Origin: Patescibacteria group bacterium
GTDB taxonomy: Bacteria > Patescibacteriota > Minisyncoccia > Ryanbacterales > GWA2-47-10b
Length of the DNA: 64,000 nt
Assembly (NCBI GenBank): GCA_038065475.1
Contig: JBBTQY010000003.1
Span: forward strand, 14,464-78,463
Direction: 5' to 3'
Shown here: positions 1 to 8,405 of the stretch, piece by piece
How the letters are laid out: the number at the start of each line of letters is the position of its first letter
How positions within the stretch are numbered: position 1 is the stretch's first letter
Translations under genes and position numbers: made by a program
Notes under the pieces: model-generated
Database searches by the model: none
The model's input: the letters and a program-made list of their open reading frames with translations, nothing else
Told to the model about the DNA's origin: nothing

Positions 1-992
1 ATAGTAAGCCCCGCAGTTTTGATAGTGAGAAGTGGACCACTCACGTTACCTACTGGTTGCAATGGTACCGGCTGACCTGTACGAGTGTTGGATGCTTGCC
101 AACTATCAAAGTTGGGATTTGCTGAAACATACACCGTTTGATTGTTAGCGAAACTCCCGCTGATATTTCCCTTTACTGTATAAACAGAGTTGCCGGACAA
201 AGATACAAACTCATCAGTAATCGTCACCCTGCCATTCACGGGGTCAACGGGTCCTGCTATCCGCACATTACTTGCATTGTAAATGGAAACGCCCGTGACG
301 TTGTCAGCTATTCCTGGCGCACCAGACACATGAATTGTAAAAACAGATCTTCTCACTGCGACAGAATCTAATCCTTGTACACTGAAGTTAAAAAGACCGA
401 GCGTCGCTTGTTGCACACCTGCAGAAATATTTTGTGGAACTAATCCGCCAGCAGACAGAGTTAACTCAGAGACATCACCACATTGAGTCGCTATCCCATC
501 TCGAGTTTCCTGCAACACCTTCCCATACTCAGGGTCGCCCTGATTTGGATAGGCAACGCCAAACTCACGCTGAAACGCCTGCACTACAGTTGCAGTGCGA
601 TCACCATAGTAGCCAGTCACAAGATCGCTCTTATCAGTAAGTCGATTTAAATTATTCCAATAGGTCGCTGAGTAACGCCCCTTGTATTGCCAAAGAAATT
701 CTTGAAGCGCAGTAACTTCGCCGCGCTCACGTACAATTGGATTATATGAAAGGATGCGATCGGCACTTGTTTTTTTAAGATCTGAGATGATTCGTGGGGA
801 CGGACAAGCAACTGAAGGAGTGGTAAGTTGAGTTTCAAGTGTATTGACAGTATTGAGCGCTGAAATAATTTGCGCCTGCAACATGGTAACCTCATCTACC
901 GAAAGATGAGATGCACTCGCAATTGATCCGAGCGAGAGCATCAACGAAACTGTACCGACAATAAAAAATTGCGGCTTAAAGAAATACTTCAT
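1..992 (-). CDS. Secreted surface protein with a peptidoglycan-binding-like domain followed by a beta-rich domain (partial, runs off the window start)
   Basis: Translated by hand (absent from the ORF track). It reads MKYFFKPQFFIVGTVSLMLSLGSIASA (signal peptide), then GEVTALQEFL...TGYYGDRTATVVQAFQREFG (PG_binding_1-like), then a V/T/S/N-rich region with no stop before position 1. Confidence 0.75.
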   Translation of the reverse strand, partial: MKYFFKPQFFIVGTVSLMLSLGSIASASHLSVDEVTMLQAQIISALNTVNTLETQLTTPSVACPSPRIISDLKKTSADRILSYNPIVRERGEVTALQEFLWQYKGRYSATYWNNLNRLTDKSDLVTGYYGDRTATVVQAFQREFGVAYPNQGDPEYGKVLQETRDGIATQCGDVSELTLSAGGLVPQNISAGVQQATLGLFNFSVQGLDSVAVRRSVFTIHVSGAPGIADNVTGVSIYNASNVRIAGPVDPVNGRVTITDEFVSLSGNSVYTVKGNISGSFANNQTVYVSANPNFDSWQASNTRTGQPVPLQPVGNVSGPLLTIKTAGLT

Positions 993-1126
993 GAGTTTGG
1001 AATAAATAATGTGTGATGGGTAAGCAACCAGCGTAAGCGACCAACTTGACGCGCACTTTTTGAGCAGCAAAAAGTATACCTTTATTGTAAAAAAGGCTTT
1101 CTTTTTAGTCGCTTATAATAGAAGAT

Positions 1127-1795
1127 TTACTTGTTGATAACCAAGACAAACTCGCCCTTGATGTTTTTTTCTTTTTCGATGGAATCTCTTATCGAAACAA
1201 TATTCATTCTTAATGTTGTCTCATAAACCTTACTAATTTCTTTTATAAGTACTGCATCAAACATTGATAAACCCATATCAGAAAGCTCTGTTAGCGTCTT
1301 TAAAATCCTGTGCGGAGATTCATAGAGTACTACGGGGTATGGAGAGGCTTTTACCTCTTCAAAAAACGACTTCCTTCCCTTTTTAACTGGAGGAAAGCCA
1401 AGAAAAGTAAATTTATCTTCATGAAGACCTGCGATAGATATTGCCGCAGCAAGTGCTGATGCACCAGGAATTGGTATAATCGTAACTTGCGGCAATTCGC
1501 GCGCAACACGTGATACAAAATGCGCACCTGGATCAGCGATACCGGGAGTACCTGCATCAACCACGTAGGCAATAGACTTTCCCTGCTCAAGCAGATTGAT
1601 TACGCCATTAAACGCGTTGCGTGGTGAATGTTCATGGAGTGCAATGAGCTGTTTATGAATATCGTAGTGTGACAAAAGTTTACGCGTATGGCGCGTATCT
1701 TCGGCAACAATAATATCAACCTCACGCAATACCTCGAGTGCGCGTAAGGTAATATCTTTTAAATTACCAATGGGCGTGGCGACGATATAGAGCAT
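1127..1795 (-). CDS. rsmI: 16S rRNA C1402 2'-O-methyltransferase RsmI
   Basis: LYIVATPIGNLKDITLRAL, AEDTRHT, DAGTPGIADPG, PIPGASA and YESPHR motifs. Confidence 0.95.
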   Translation of the reverse strand: MLYIVATPIGNLKDITLRALEVLREVDIIVAEDTRHTRKLLSHYDIHKQLIALHEHSPRNAFNGVINLLEQGKSIAYVVDAGTPGIADPGAHFVSRVARELPQVTIIPIPGASALAAAISIAGLHEDKFTFLGFPPVKKGRKSFFEEVKASPYPVVLYESPHRILKTLTELSDMGLSMFDAVLIKEISKVYETTLRMNIVSIRDSIEKEKNIKGEFVLVINK

Positions 1796-1804
1796 GCGCC
1801 CACC

Positions 1805-2245
1805 CTACCATACGCGCGCGCCAATTTGAATATTATGTCGCTCGGCCAACCCGCTATTCACTTCGAGTACACGATCTACCTCGCTCGGTGATGAAACTGT
1901 CGTGAGACCTTCATTGATTGTGGGAAGAACATCGACACCAATCACGACATCACCGCGAATCCAAATAACATCGAGGGGTATCAATGTGTTTTTATTCCAA
2001 AAAGTTTGAAGACTGGAACTCTCAAAAAGAAAAAGCATGCCAGCGTTCTCGGCAAGCTCGCGGCGATGCATAAGACCGCGCGCATGTTCGCTGGACGTGC
2101 GCGCAAGCTCTACAATAAGTTTATTTTCTCCGAGAATAATTTCTTGGGTAGACATCCCTCTTTGCACACGGTCCGTGGACTGATAGATTCCATACCCCGC
2201 GAGAAGAATAAATATACCGATATAAATAAAAAGTGGCTTCTTCAT
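1805..2245 (-). CDS. DUF192 family membrane-anchored protein
   Basis: VELA...RGLMHR...GMLFLF...FWNKNTLIPLDVIWI...VLEVNSG; N-terminal TM helix. Confidence 0.9.
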   Translation of the reverse strand: MKKPLFIYIGIFILLAGYGIYQSTDRVQRGMSTQEIILGENKLIVELARTSSEHARGLMHRRELAENAGMLFLFESSSLQTFWNKNTLIPLDVIWIRGDVVIGVDVLPTINEGLTTVSSPSEVDRVLEVNSGLAERHNIQIGARVW

Positions 2246-2283
2246 TGCTTTCAATCTAGCATGAAAAACCCTACAATAGAAAA

Positions 2284-3252
2284 ATGAAACGTGCAGTCCT
2301 TATCACTTTTATCTTTGTGGGAAGTCTTTTTTTGTTTTCAACGCAATCCTCTCACGAAGAAATAATTGAGCAAAAATTAATTGAAGAAATCCCGCCTCCT
2401 CAGCCAGCTACCTCGCTACCTGCAGCGGCTGAGGAAAACAATCCACCGCCTCCTACTGAAGAGCAGGAAGAGTTGCCATCCCCCACCCCTCCGTCACCGA
2501 CACCCGTTACAGAATTGCCGCCTCCACCGCCGCCAAAAAAACCGATTGCGCAATCACAACTTTATACCAAAGGGCTTTCAGCGACGGTAAACTTTCTCTG
2601 CCCCAACTCTGACAATACGTATACTGTAGCGACAGGTGCTATCATCGATGCGCACGGATATATTATCTCAAATGCTCATATCGTAAATAAAAATAATTCT
2701 CAACCACTTTGCACTATTCGCGCTGGATCTCCTGCAGTACCCATCGGCAAAGCGAAACTTGTATTTATACCGCGCGATTATCAGTCTACATTAGACGAAC
2801 AGGCGAAGGCCTATTTGGACATTTCACTTTGGAAGCTAGAGGAGTCACACAATGATTGGCCGCATTGGGATATCAATTTTGACTCACGAGTAAACGAAAA
2901 TGATGAGATTTTAACTCAAAGCTACCCGGCAGAGCTTCTTTCGAGTGAAATTATTTTCAAAAATCTAGGCTTACTTTTCTCTACCGCCATCGTCTCAGAA
3001 AAAGATGAGGCTCTTATCTCTGCACACGCAACAATATCGGCACAGCATGGATCATCGGGCGGTATTCTCATTGATCCTTATACCGGAAAACTGTATGGCA
3101 TTATTTTTGGTATTAGTGCCGATCCAAAGCAGTCGGTTAGCGAACGACTTCTTTATGCCATTACGCCTTCACGCATCAACGCAATCATATGGCAGGAGAC
3201 CAAAAAACAATTCGGGGAGTATCTTGCGACACTCCCCGAACCGGCTTATTAA
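2284..3252 (+). CDS. Trypsin-like (S1) serine protease with N-terminal anchor and Pro/Glu-rich linker
   Basis: ATGAII...ISNAHIV (His), DISL (Asp) and HGSSGG (Ser) give a catalytic triad pattern. Confidence 0.8.
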   Translation: MKRAVLITFIFVGSLFLFSTQSSHEEIIEQKLIEEIPPPQPATSLPAAAEENNPPPPTEEQEELPSPTPPSPTPVTELPPPPPPKKPIAQSQLYTKGLSATVNFLCPNSDNTYTVATGAIIDAHGYIISNAHIVNKNNSQPLCTIRAGSPAVPIGKAKLVFIPRDYQSTLDEQAKAYLDISLWKLEESHNDWPHWDINFDSRVNENDEILTQSYPAELLSSEIIFKNLGLLFSTAIVSEKDEALISAHATISAQHGSSGGILIDPYTGKLYGIIFGISADPKQSVSERLLYAITPSRINAIIWQETKKQFGEYLATLPEPAY

Positions 3253-3263
3253 ATTTTATTTAT

Positions 3264-3575
3264 CTATAGCGTTTGAAGGTCTGCGTCGATGTCTTTAAAC
3301 TCGGCATCGAGATTTATATCTTCAGTCCCGTTAAAATCGGCCTCTATGGCTGATGTCGAATCAGCAGCAGGTGCTTGTTGATTTTGCACTTGCGCTGGAG
3401 GAACGTAGACATCACTTGTCTGCCAAAACATCCAATAATAGACGCCTCCCGCTATTGCGAGCACGGCGAGTGCGATAACAACAACGATAAGGCCCGTATG
3501 CGATCCTGCGATTTGCGGCTGCTGTTGTGGCATTTGTGGATTGAGATTCGGCATACTTGGCGTTGGTGAATCCAT
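3264..3575 (-). CDS. Small single-pass membrane protein, hypothetical
   Basis: Clean ORF with one TM helix and an acidic C-terminus, co-oriented with the upstream gene. Confidence 0.7.
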   Translation of the reverse strand: MDSPTPSMPNLNPQMPQQQPQIAGSHTGLIVVVIALAVLAIAGGVYYWMFWQTSDVYVPPAQVQNQQAPAADSTSAIEADFNGTEDINLDAEFKDIDADLQTL

Positions 3576-3602
3576 AAGAAAAAGATTAGCTAATAATAAT
3601 TA

Positions 3603-4529
3603 TTAAGCTGATGGCGTTGTTGTCGCCGCTGGCGGCGGAGTGACTGGCGGCTCATCGTTGATTCCGGGAATAGCCTTGAGTGCTTCGAGAGCTGTTTTTA
3701 CTGCTTCGCGAGCAGCCTGAATGGCATCACGAATCTTTTTGAGATCATCATGAAGCGTTTTGCGAACGGTGCTTACCGAAGAGCCGAGATTTGCCTCGGT
3801 AGTTATAGTAATCGGATAGGTCTTGCTAGCTGCGTCAGCAACCAATTTCTTTGCCGTATCGATCAATCCACGTGCGGTAGTGACAGCAGCTTCAACCTGT
3901 GCGGCATCTTTACCATTGGCAGCGGCTTTGTCAGCGCGCGTGTCTATTTTGTTTAAAATCTCATCCAGATTTTCAAGAACACGATTGAAGTGTTCGATCA
4001 TTTTGTCATAGACTTCTTCAAAACGCTTATCAAGACGCTCTACAACTAACTTTTTGCGCTCATCTTTAACTATCTTAAGCTTTTCTTTGAGCTTTGCACG
4101 CTCCTGTTCTATCTTTTGCTTGGCCTCTTCTCTATGCTTTTTAGCAAGCTCCATGTGCTCTTTCCACTCTTCACTTCGATCCTCTTGAAACTCTTTGCGG
4201 GCCTCCATAATATCTTCTTGGAGCTCACGACGCTGCTCAGGAGTACTGGTACTCGCGCGAAATTCACGGCGCTTCGCATTGATATCCATGTGAAGATCAA
4301 CACGATCTTTGCGAATGCCCGCCCTTGTATCTACGCGATCAGTCTTAATATCTTTTTGCATCTCACGACGCTCTTCTTGCTTCTTTTCATTAAACTCTTT
4401 TAAAGCTTCCATGCGCTCACGATTGAGCTCTTCGAAGGGGCGTCCTGACGTGGTTGTGCTGGTTTGTGCCAGAGCAAACGAGCCCATAGAGAGGATGCTG
4501 GCGACACTCAAAACGACGATTTTTTTCAT
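3603..4529 (-). CDS. Secreted coiled-coil protein, hypothetical
   Basis: Signal peptide MKKIVVLSVASILSMGSFALAQ followed by a long charged helical region. Confidence 0.8.
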   Translation of the reverse strand: MKKIVVLSVASILSMGSFALAQTSTTTSGRPFEELNRERMEALKEFNEKKQEERREMQKDIKTDRVDTRAGIRKDRVDLHMDINAKRREFRASTSTPEQRRELQEDIMEARKEFQEDRSEEWKEHMELAKKHREEAKQKIEQERAKLKEKLKIVKDERKKLVVERLDKRFEEVYDKMIEHFNRVLENLDEILNKIDTRADKAAANGKDAAQVEAAVTTARGLIDTAKKLVADAASKTYPITITTEANLGSSVSTVRKTLHDDLKKIRDAIQAAREAVKTALEALKAIPGINDEPPVTPPPAATTTPSA

Positions 4530-4620
4530 AGTCAAAAAATATACCCTAGAATTGACCTGCTAATAATAGATACTCCTATTGTACTCTTGTTTTGAATATC
4601 GAGGGCTGTGAATAATTTTA

Positions 4621-4646
4621 AAAAGAAAAAGGCCCGCGAACGGGCC
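4621..4646 (-). terminator. Rho-independent terminator
   Basis: Minus strand GGCCCG-TTCG-CGGGCC followed by a T-run. Confidence 0.75.
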
Positions 4647-4656
4647 GCTGGCACAG

Positions 4657-4773
4657 CTAACGCTTGAGCTTCTTGGTTGGCCGCTTCTTTTTCGCCTTTG
4701 ACGCGAGCCTAACCTTGTCACCGCGCTGGTGCCGCTTCGGATTCGGAGTATTGGACGTACCACATCCCTTCAT
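4657..4773 (-). CDS. 38-aa basic peptide (MKGCGTSNTPNPKRHQRGDKVRLASKAKKKRPTKKLKR)
   Basis: SD GGGAGG, its own promoter TTGACG-17-TAAAGT (4833-4805) and a terminator immediately downstream. Confidence 0.6.
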   Translation of the reverse strand: MKGCGTSNTPNPKRHQRGDKVRLASKAKKKRPTKKLKR

Positions 4774-4829
4774 CACGCCCTCCCTCTCGGTACTGTTTAA
4801 GAATACTTTAGAAAAAGTGTCTTCTCTCG

Positions 4830-6599
4830 TCAATCTTCCTCCGGCAAAAAACCGCCCGCTTGGTGCTCCCACAAAGCGGCATAAAGACCCTTTTTCTTGA
4901 CTAGCTGATCATGCGTGCCGTCCTCTACGATCTTTCCCTGATCGAGCACGATCAAACGATCCATCGCGCGAAGCGTCGAGAGGCGGTGCGCGATTGCAAT
5001 AACCGTGCGGCCCTTCATAAGATTGAGTAGTGCTTTTTGTACAGCAACTTCACTCTCACTATCGAGAGAGCTGGTCGCCTCATCAAGTAACAAAATTGGC
5101 GCATCTTTAACAAACACACGAGCAATCGCGACGCGTTGACGCTGACCGCCCGAAAGTTTTACCCCGCGCTCGCCCACCAGCGCCTCATACCCCTGTGGAA
5201 TTGCCCCGATAAATTCATGAGCCTCGGCCTGGCGTGCGGCGCGTTCTACCTCTTCCATGGTTGCATCGTCTTTGCCATACTCGATGTTGTGCCTGATAGA
5301 CCGGTGAAACAACATCGGCTCCTGTGGCACAATAGCGATCGCGCGGCGCAAGCTCTCTTTAGTAATATCAGAAATATTTATTCCATCAATATTAATAGCA
5401 CCACTGTGCAGATCATAATGACGTAGCAATAATTTTACGAGAGTAGACTTGCCCGCGCCCGATCTGCCTACCAAGCCTACCTTTTGTCCCGCAGGGATTA
5501 TAAAGGAAAGCTTTTCAAATACGTGGGCGCCACCGTAATCAAAAGAAATATCATCAAATACAATCTCGCCTTTGCGTATAGCAAGATCCTTTGCGTCAGA
5601 CTTATCAGTAACTGTGTGTTCCAAAATGATATCGGCGAGACTCTCCTCGACTGTACCCCAAGTATCGGCAAAACTATTAAACTTACTGCCAATGAACGTA
5701 AGACGATCTTCCATGAAGACAACAACTGTCAAAATTAAAATAATATCGCCCGGGGTAATACTTCCTAACCGCGCGAGGGCAATCACGCTTAAAATCATGC
5801 CGCCGATGAAAACTGCTTGCAAAAAATTATTTATCGTCAGTACAAACTCACCATACGTCCAGTTACGAAGACCAGTAGCACGCCTATCGATAATAAATTT
5901 CTTAATTCGCTCAAGCTCAAAAGAGTGATGAGTATATTCCTCCACTGCTGCCATATTAGTCAACATATCAACCGTGGCACCACCCAATGCAGTTTCTGCT
6001 TTTTGTGTTGCCGCAGAAATCGGCACACGCTTTCGAGACAACACTATATTGAGAGGCGTGATAACTGTGATCCATGCCAAAAAAATATAAGCGACTGTCG
6101 GGTTCACTCTGAACACGATGACAAAGCCCGCAATCATCGAGACGACAAAACCAAAAAACGACCACAGAAACTGATCAGCAATATCTTTGGCACCATTTGC
6201 TGCATGAATAATTTTACTTGAAAGGGCACCAGCAAAACGATCAGCAAAATATTGATGACTATGACGTGTCACGTAGGAAGTTAGCATGTAGCGACTTGAG
6301 GCGCGTACACCAGTAATCCATCGCATGCCTGTAAGCCCACTCGCTCGGTAAAGTAAATTGGAACCGAACGAAATACCTACGTAAGCAATCACCGCCCAAG
6401 TCAGCTCATCATATGAAGCGCGCGCCGCTGCATCAACGATTGTTTTAAATGCATACGGAATAGCCATGGACGTCACTGACGCCAGCGTAACCATAATAAC
6501 CGCAGCGATCATCCATCCACGATACGGCTGCGACGAGGCCCACAAAAATCGAAGCGGGCTCGTGCTTTTTGGCACATTGTCAGGCCAAAGTGACTGCAT
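4830..6599 (-). CDS. ABC exporter, fused TMD+ATPase (MsbA-like family)
   Basis: Multi-TM N-terminal domain, Walker A GRSGAGKS, LSGGQRQR, LLLDEATS, IAHRLST. Confidence 0.95.
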   Translation of the reverse strand: MQSLWPDNVPKSTSPLRFLWASSQPYRGWMIAAVIMVTLASVTSMAIPYAFKTIVDAAARASYDELTWAVIAYVGISFGSNLLYRASGLTGMRWITGVRASSRYMLTSYVTRHSHQYFADRFAGALSSKIIHAANGAKDIADQFLWSFFGFVVSMIAGFVIVFRVNPTVAYIFLAWITVITPLNIVLSRKRVPISAATQKAETALGGATVDMLTNMAAVEEYTHHSFELERIKKFIIDRRATGLRNWTYGEFVLTINNFLQAVFIGGMILSVIALARLGSITPGDIILILTVVVFMEDRLTFIGSKFNSFADTWGTVEESLADIILEHTVTDKSDAKDLAIRKGEIVFDDISFDYGGAHVFEKLSFIIPAGQKVGLVGRSGAGKSTLVKLLLRHYDLHSGAINIDGINISDITKESLRRAIAIVPQEPMLFHRSIRHNIEYGKDDATMEEVERAARQAEAHEFIGAIPQGYEALVGERGVKLSGGQRQRVAIARVFVKDAPILLLDEATSSLDSESEVAVQKALLNLMKGRTVIAIAHRLSTLRAMDRLIVLDQGKIVEDGTHDQLVKKKGLYAALWEHQAGGFLPEED

Positions 6600-6636
6600 A
6601 GACAGTCAGTATAGCCGAAAAGGCACCTTTTTGGAA

Positions 6637-6864
6637 TTACGGCCTTTCGGCTCCTATAAACCTAAACCTCGGTACTTTCTTGCCCTCTACCTCAACGTCT
6701 TCTAAAAACATTTTGAGCGGCCGCACCCATAAACTTTGATCGTCATACAATTTTTGATACACAACCAACTCTTCGAGCGTTTCGCTATGCTGTGCTACAC
6801 CAATAACTTTATAGCGCTTGCCTTTATAGTGTTCGTACTCTCCGAGCCTCGCATCATTACTCAT
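6637..6864 (-). CDS. DUF1653 family protein
   Basis: GEYEHYKG..Y.VIGVA.HSETLEELVVY..LY....LWVRPL.MF...V......RF. Confidence 0.9.
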   Translation of the reverse strand: MSNDARLGEYEHYKGKRYKVIGVAQHSETLEELVVYQKLYDDQSLWVRPLKMFLEDVEVEGKKVPRFRFIGAERP

Positions 6865-6884
6865 ATATATTATTTTATGTCTAC

Positions 6885-7376
6885 TTATTCCTCTATAGGA
6901 GTGTACTGATAAGACAATTGGTTATATTCATCAGTGAGGTACTCGCCTATTCCTTCCTCGTGCCAAAGGAGAAAGTAAGTAATACCTACATCGAGCGCCA
7001 AGCGACTACATACCGTACAATACGGTTTACCTGATTTTTTTATCTTTCCGCCCTCATCGACTCTTACAAAATAAAGCTTTGAGTCTTTAATCTTGTCCGG
7101 ATTTCTTTTCAGGGCATCTATGATTGCTCGCCATTCGGCGTGCACGCAACACGTTTGATCATATTTTGGTTTGCCTAGACCAAAAACTTTATCACACATT
7201 CTATATTCTTCTTTATCTAACGGTGGAGCATTGTATCCTTCCCCGATAATTTCTCCTTTTTGTACGATAACTGCTCCGCATTTCGCGCGAAGACATAAAG
7301 CCTTTTTAGCAACCTCTACTGCCCCATTCATCCATTCGATCGCTTTTTGTTCTTGCTGCTCTTTAAGATACTGCAT
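6885..7376 (-). CDS. dCMP/cytidine deaminase family protein
   Basis: HAE and PYCTVC zinc motifs, GYN. Confidence 0.85.
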   Translation of the reverse strand: MQYLKEQQEQKAIEWMNGAVEVAKKALCLRAKCGAVIVQKGEIIGEGYNAPPLDKEEYRMCDKVFGLGKPKYDQTCCVHAEWRAIIDALKRNPDKIKDSKLYFVRVDEGGKIKKSGKPYCTVCSRLALDVGITYFLLWHEEGIGEYLTDEYNQLSYQYTPIEE

Positions 7377-7386
7377 TTTCTATAAC

Positions 7387-7539
7387 CTATTTTTTATCAA
7401 ACAAACGAATAACCAATTGGTAACAGTTTTTGCAAATATGAAACTTTTTCACTACCTTTCCCTTTGGTGGGCTTAGTAAAATACCACCAAATTCCTTGAG
7501 TTCTTTTTTGCACTTATCGCATTTTGGTCTGATAGCCAT
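7387..7539 (-). CDS. 50-aa zinc-ribbon protein (MAIRPKCDKCKKELKEFGGILLSPPKGKVVKKFHICKNCYQLVIRLFDKK)
   Basis: Translated by hand, below the ORF-track cutoff. It has two CxxC motifs, TATATT upstream, and is co-oriented just ahead of the deaminase. Confidence 0.75.
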   Translation of the reverse strand: MAIRPKCDKCKKELKEFGGILLSPPKGKVVKKFHICKNCYQLVIRLFDKK

Positions 7540-7680
7540 ATTGTAATTAACAATATACCGTCTGATATATCAGGGAGCAAATCTAGATAGTACCTTGAGA
7601 ATACGAATTCGCCTACGATAGATTGACTTTTCCATAGATTTATTATAAAAAAGATGGAAAGTCGGAAGGAGAAAAGCGCG

Positions 7681-7857
7681 ATGCCAACCCTAACGCCGGA
7701 AGAGCAAAGGGATATGCTCGGGCCAAGGTCATACACGTGTAGCCGTTGTGGCCAAGAGCCGGTCAAGAACTATTGTAGAGAGTGCGACGAGTTCTTCAAT
7801 ACCTGTGGCTGCCCACCAGACGCGCGGGACAACCACAGAGGCCATCGCACCTACTGA
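7681..7857 (+). CDS. 58-aa Cys/His-rich putative zinc-finger protein
   Basis: CxxC...CxxC...CxC...HxxH; SD AAGGAG upstream; GC-rich segment and T-tract downstream. Confidence 0.6.
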   Translation: MPTLTPEEQRDMLGPRSYTCSRCGQEPVKNYCRECDEFFNTCGCPPDARDNHRGHRTY

Positions 7858-7910
7858 CACGCCCAAGGCCAACGCCAAGGGCTATTTTATTTTTTATAAA
7901 TCATAGAGAT

Positions 7911-8405
7911 CTATACCTCCCCCGTCTCAAACAGGTCTTTACTGATAATTTTGCTTGTATACTCTTGATCCGATGGTCTATCAAATATAAACTTCCCCCC
8001 AAACTTCTTCCCTTCCAAAAACAAGGGTAGCCAATAACGATCATCCGGCCACATTTGGTCGAAAGGAATCTTTTCTATATCAAACCACTGTGGCTCCATC
8101 TCTTCACTCTCCTTTGGCACCCCCTTCCATGCGATCACTTGAAAAATATGAACTTCTAGTATTTTTGGATCATTTTGAAATTCGAAATCAAGCACCCCCC
8201 GTTCTTCTAACTCGGTGGGCTCAATCCCAGCTTCTTCCCTCACTTCTCTTTTCGCCGATTCCTCAATGGCCTCGCTCAACTCTACCTTGCCACCAAAGCC
8301 ATTCCACCTCCCCTCACCAAATCCTCGTTTTTTCATCCCTAAAAGAATCTGTCCGGTTTTTTCTACAATACACAGCGTGAGAATTTTTCTCTCCTTACTG
8401 TCCAT
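7911..8405 (-). CDS. MTH1/NUDT1-like 8-oxo-dGTP diphosphatase (Nudix)
   Basis: LGMKKRGFGEGRWNGFGGKVE...AKREVREE, ESEEMEPQWF, MWPDD. The start is placed at MDSKERK, overlapping the secA stop. Confidence 0.9.
   Translation of the reverse strand: MDSKERKILTLCIVEKTGQILLGMKKRGFGEGRWNGFGGKVELSEAIEESAKREVREEAGIEPTELEERGVLDFEFQNDPKILEVHIFQVIAWKGVPKESEEMEPQWFDIEKIPFDQMWPDDRYWLPLFLEGKKFGGKFIFDRPSDQEYTSKIISKDLFETGEV

Noticed and set aside
2390-2535. CCG/CCT-rich low-complexity stretch resembling a repeat array
   Set aside because: It encodes the proline-rich linker of the protease and has no regular repeat-spacer structure.
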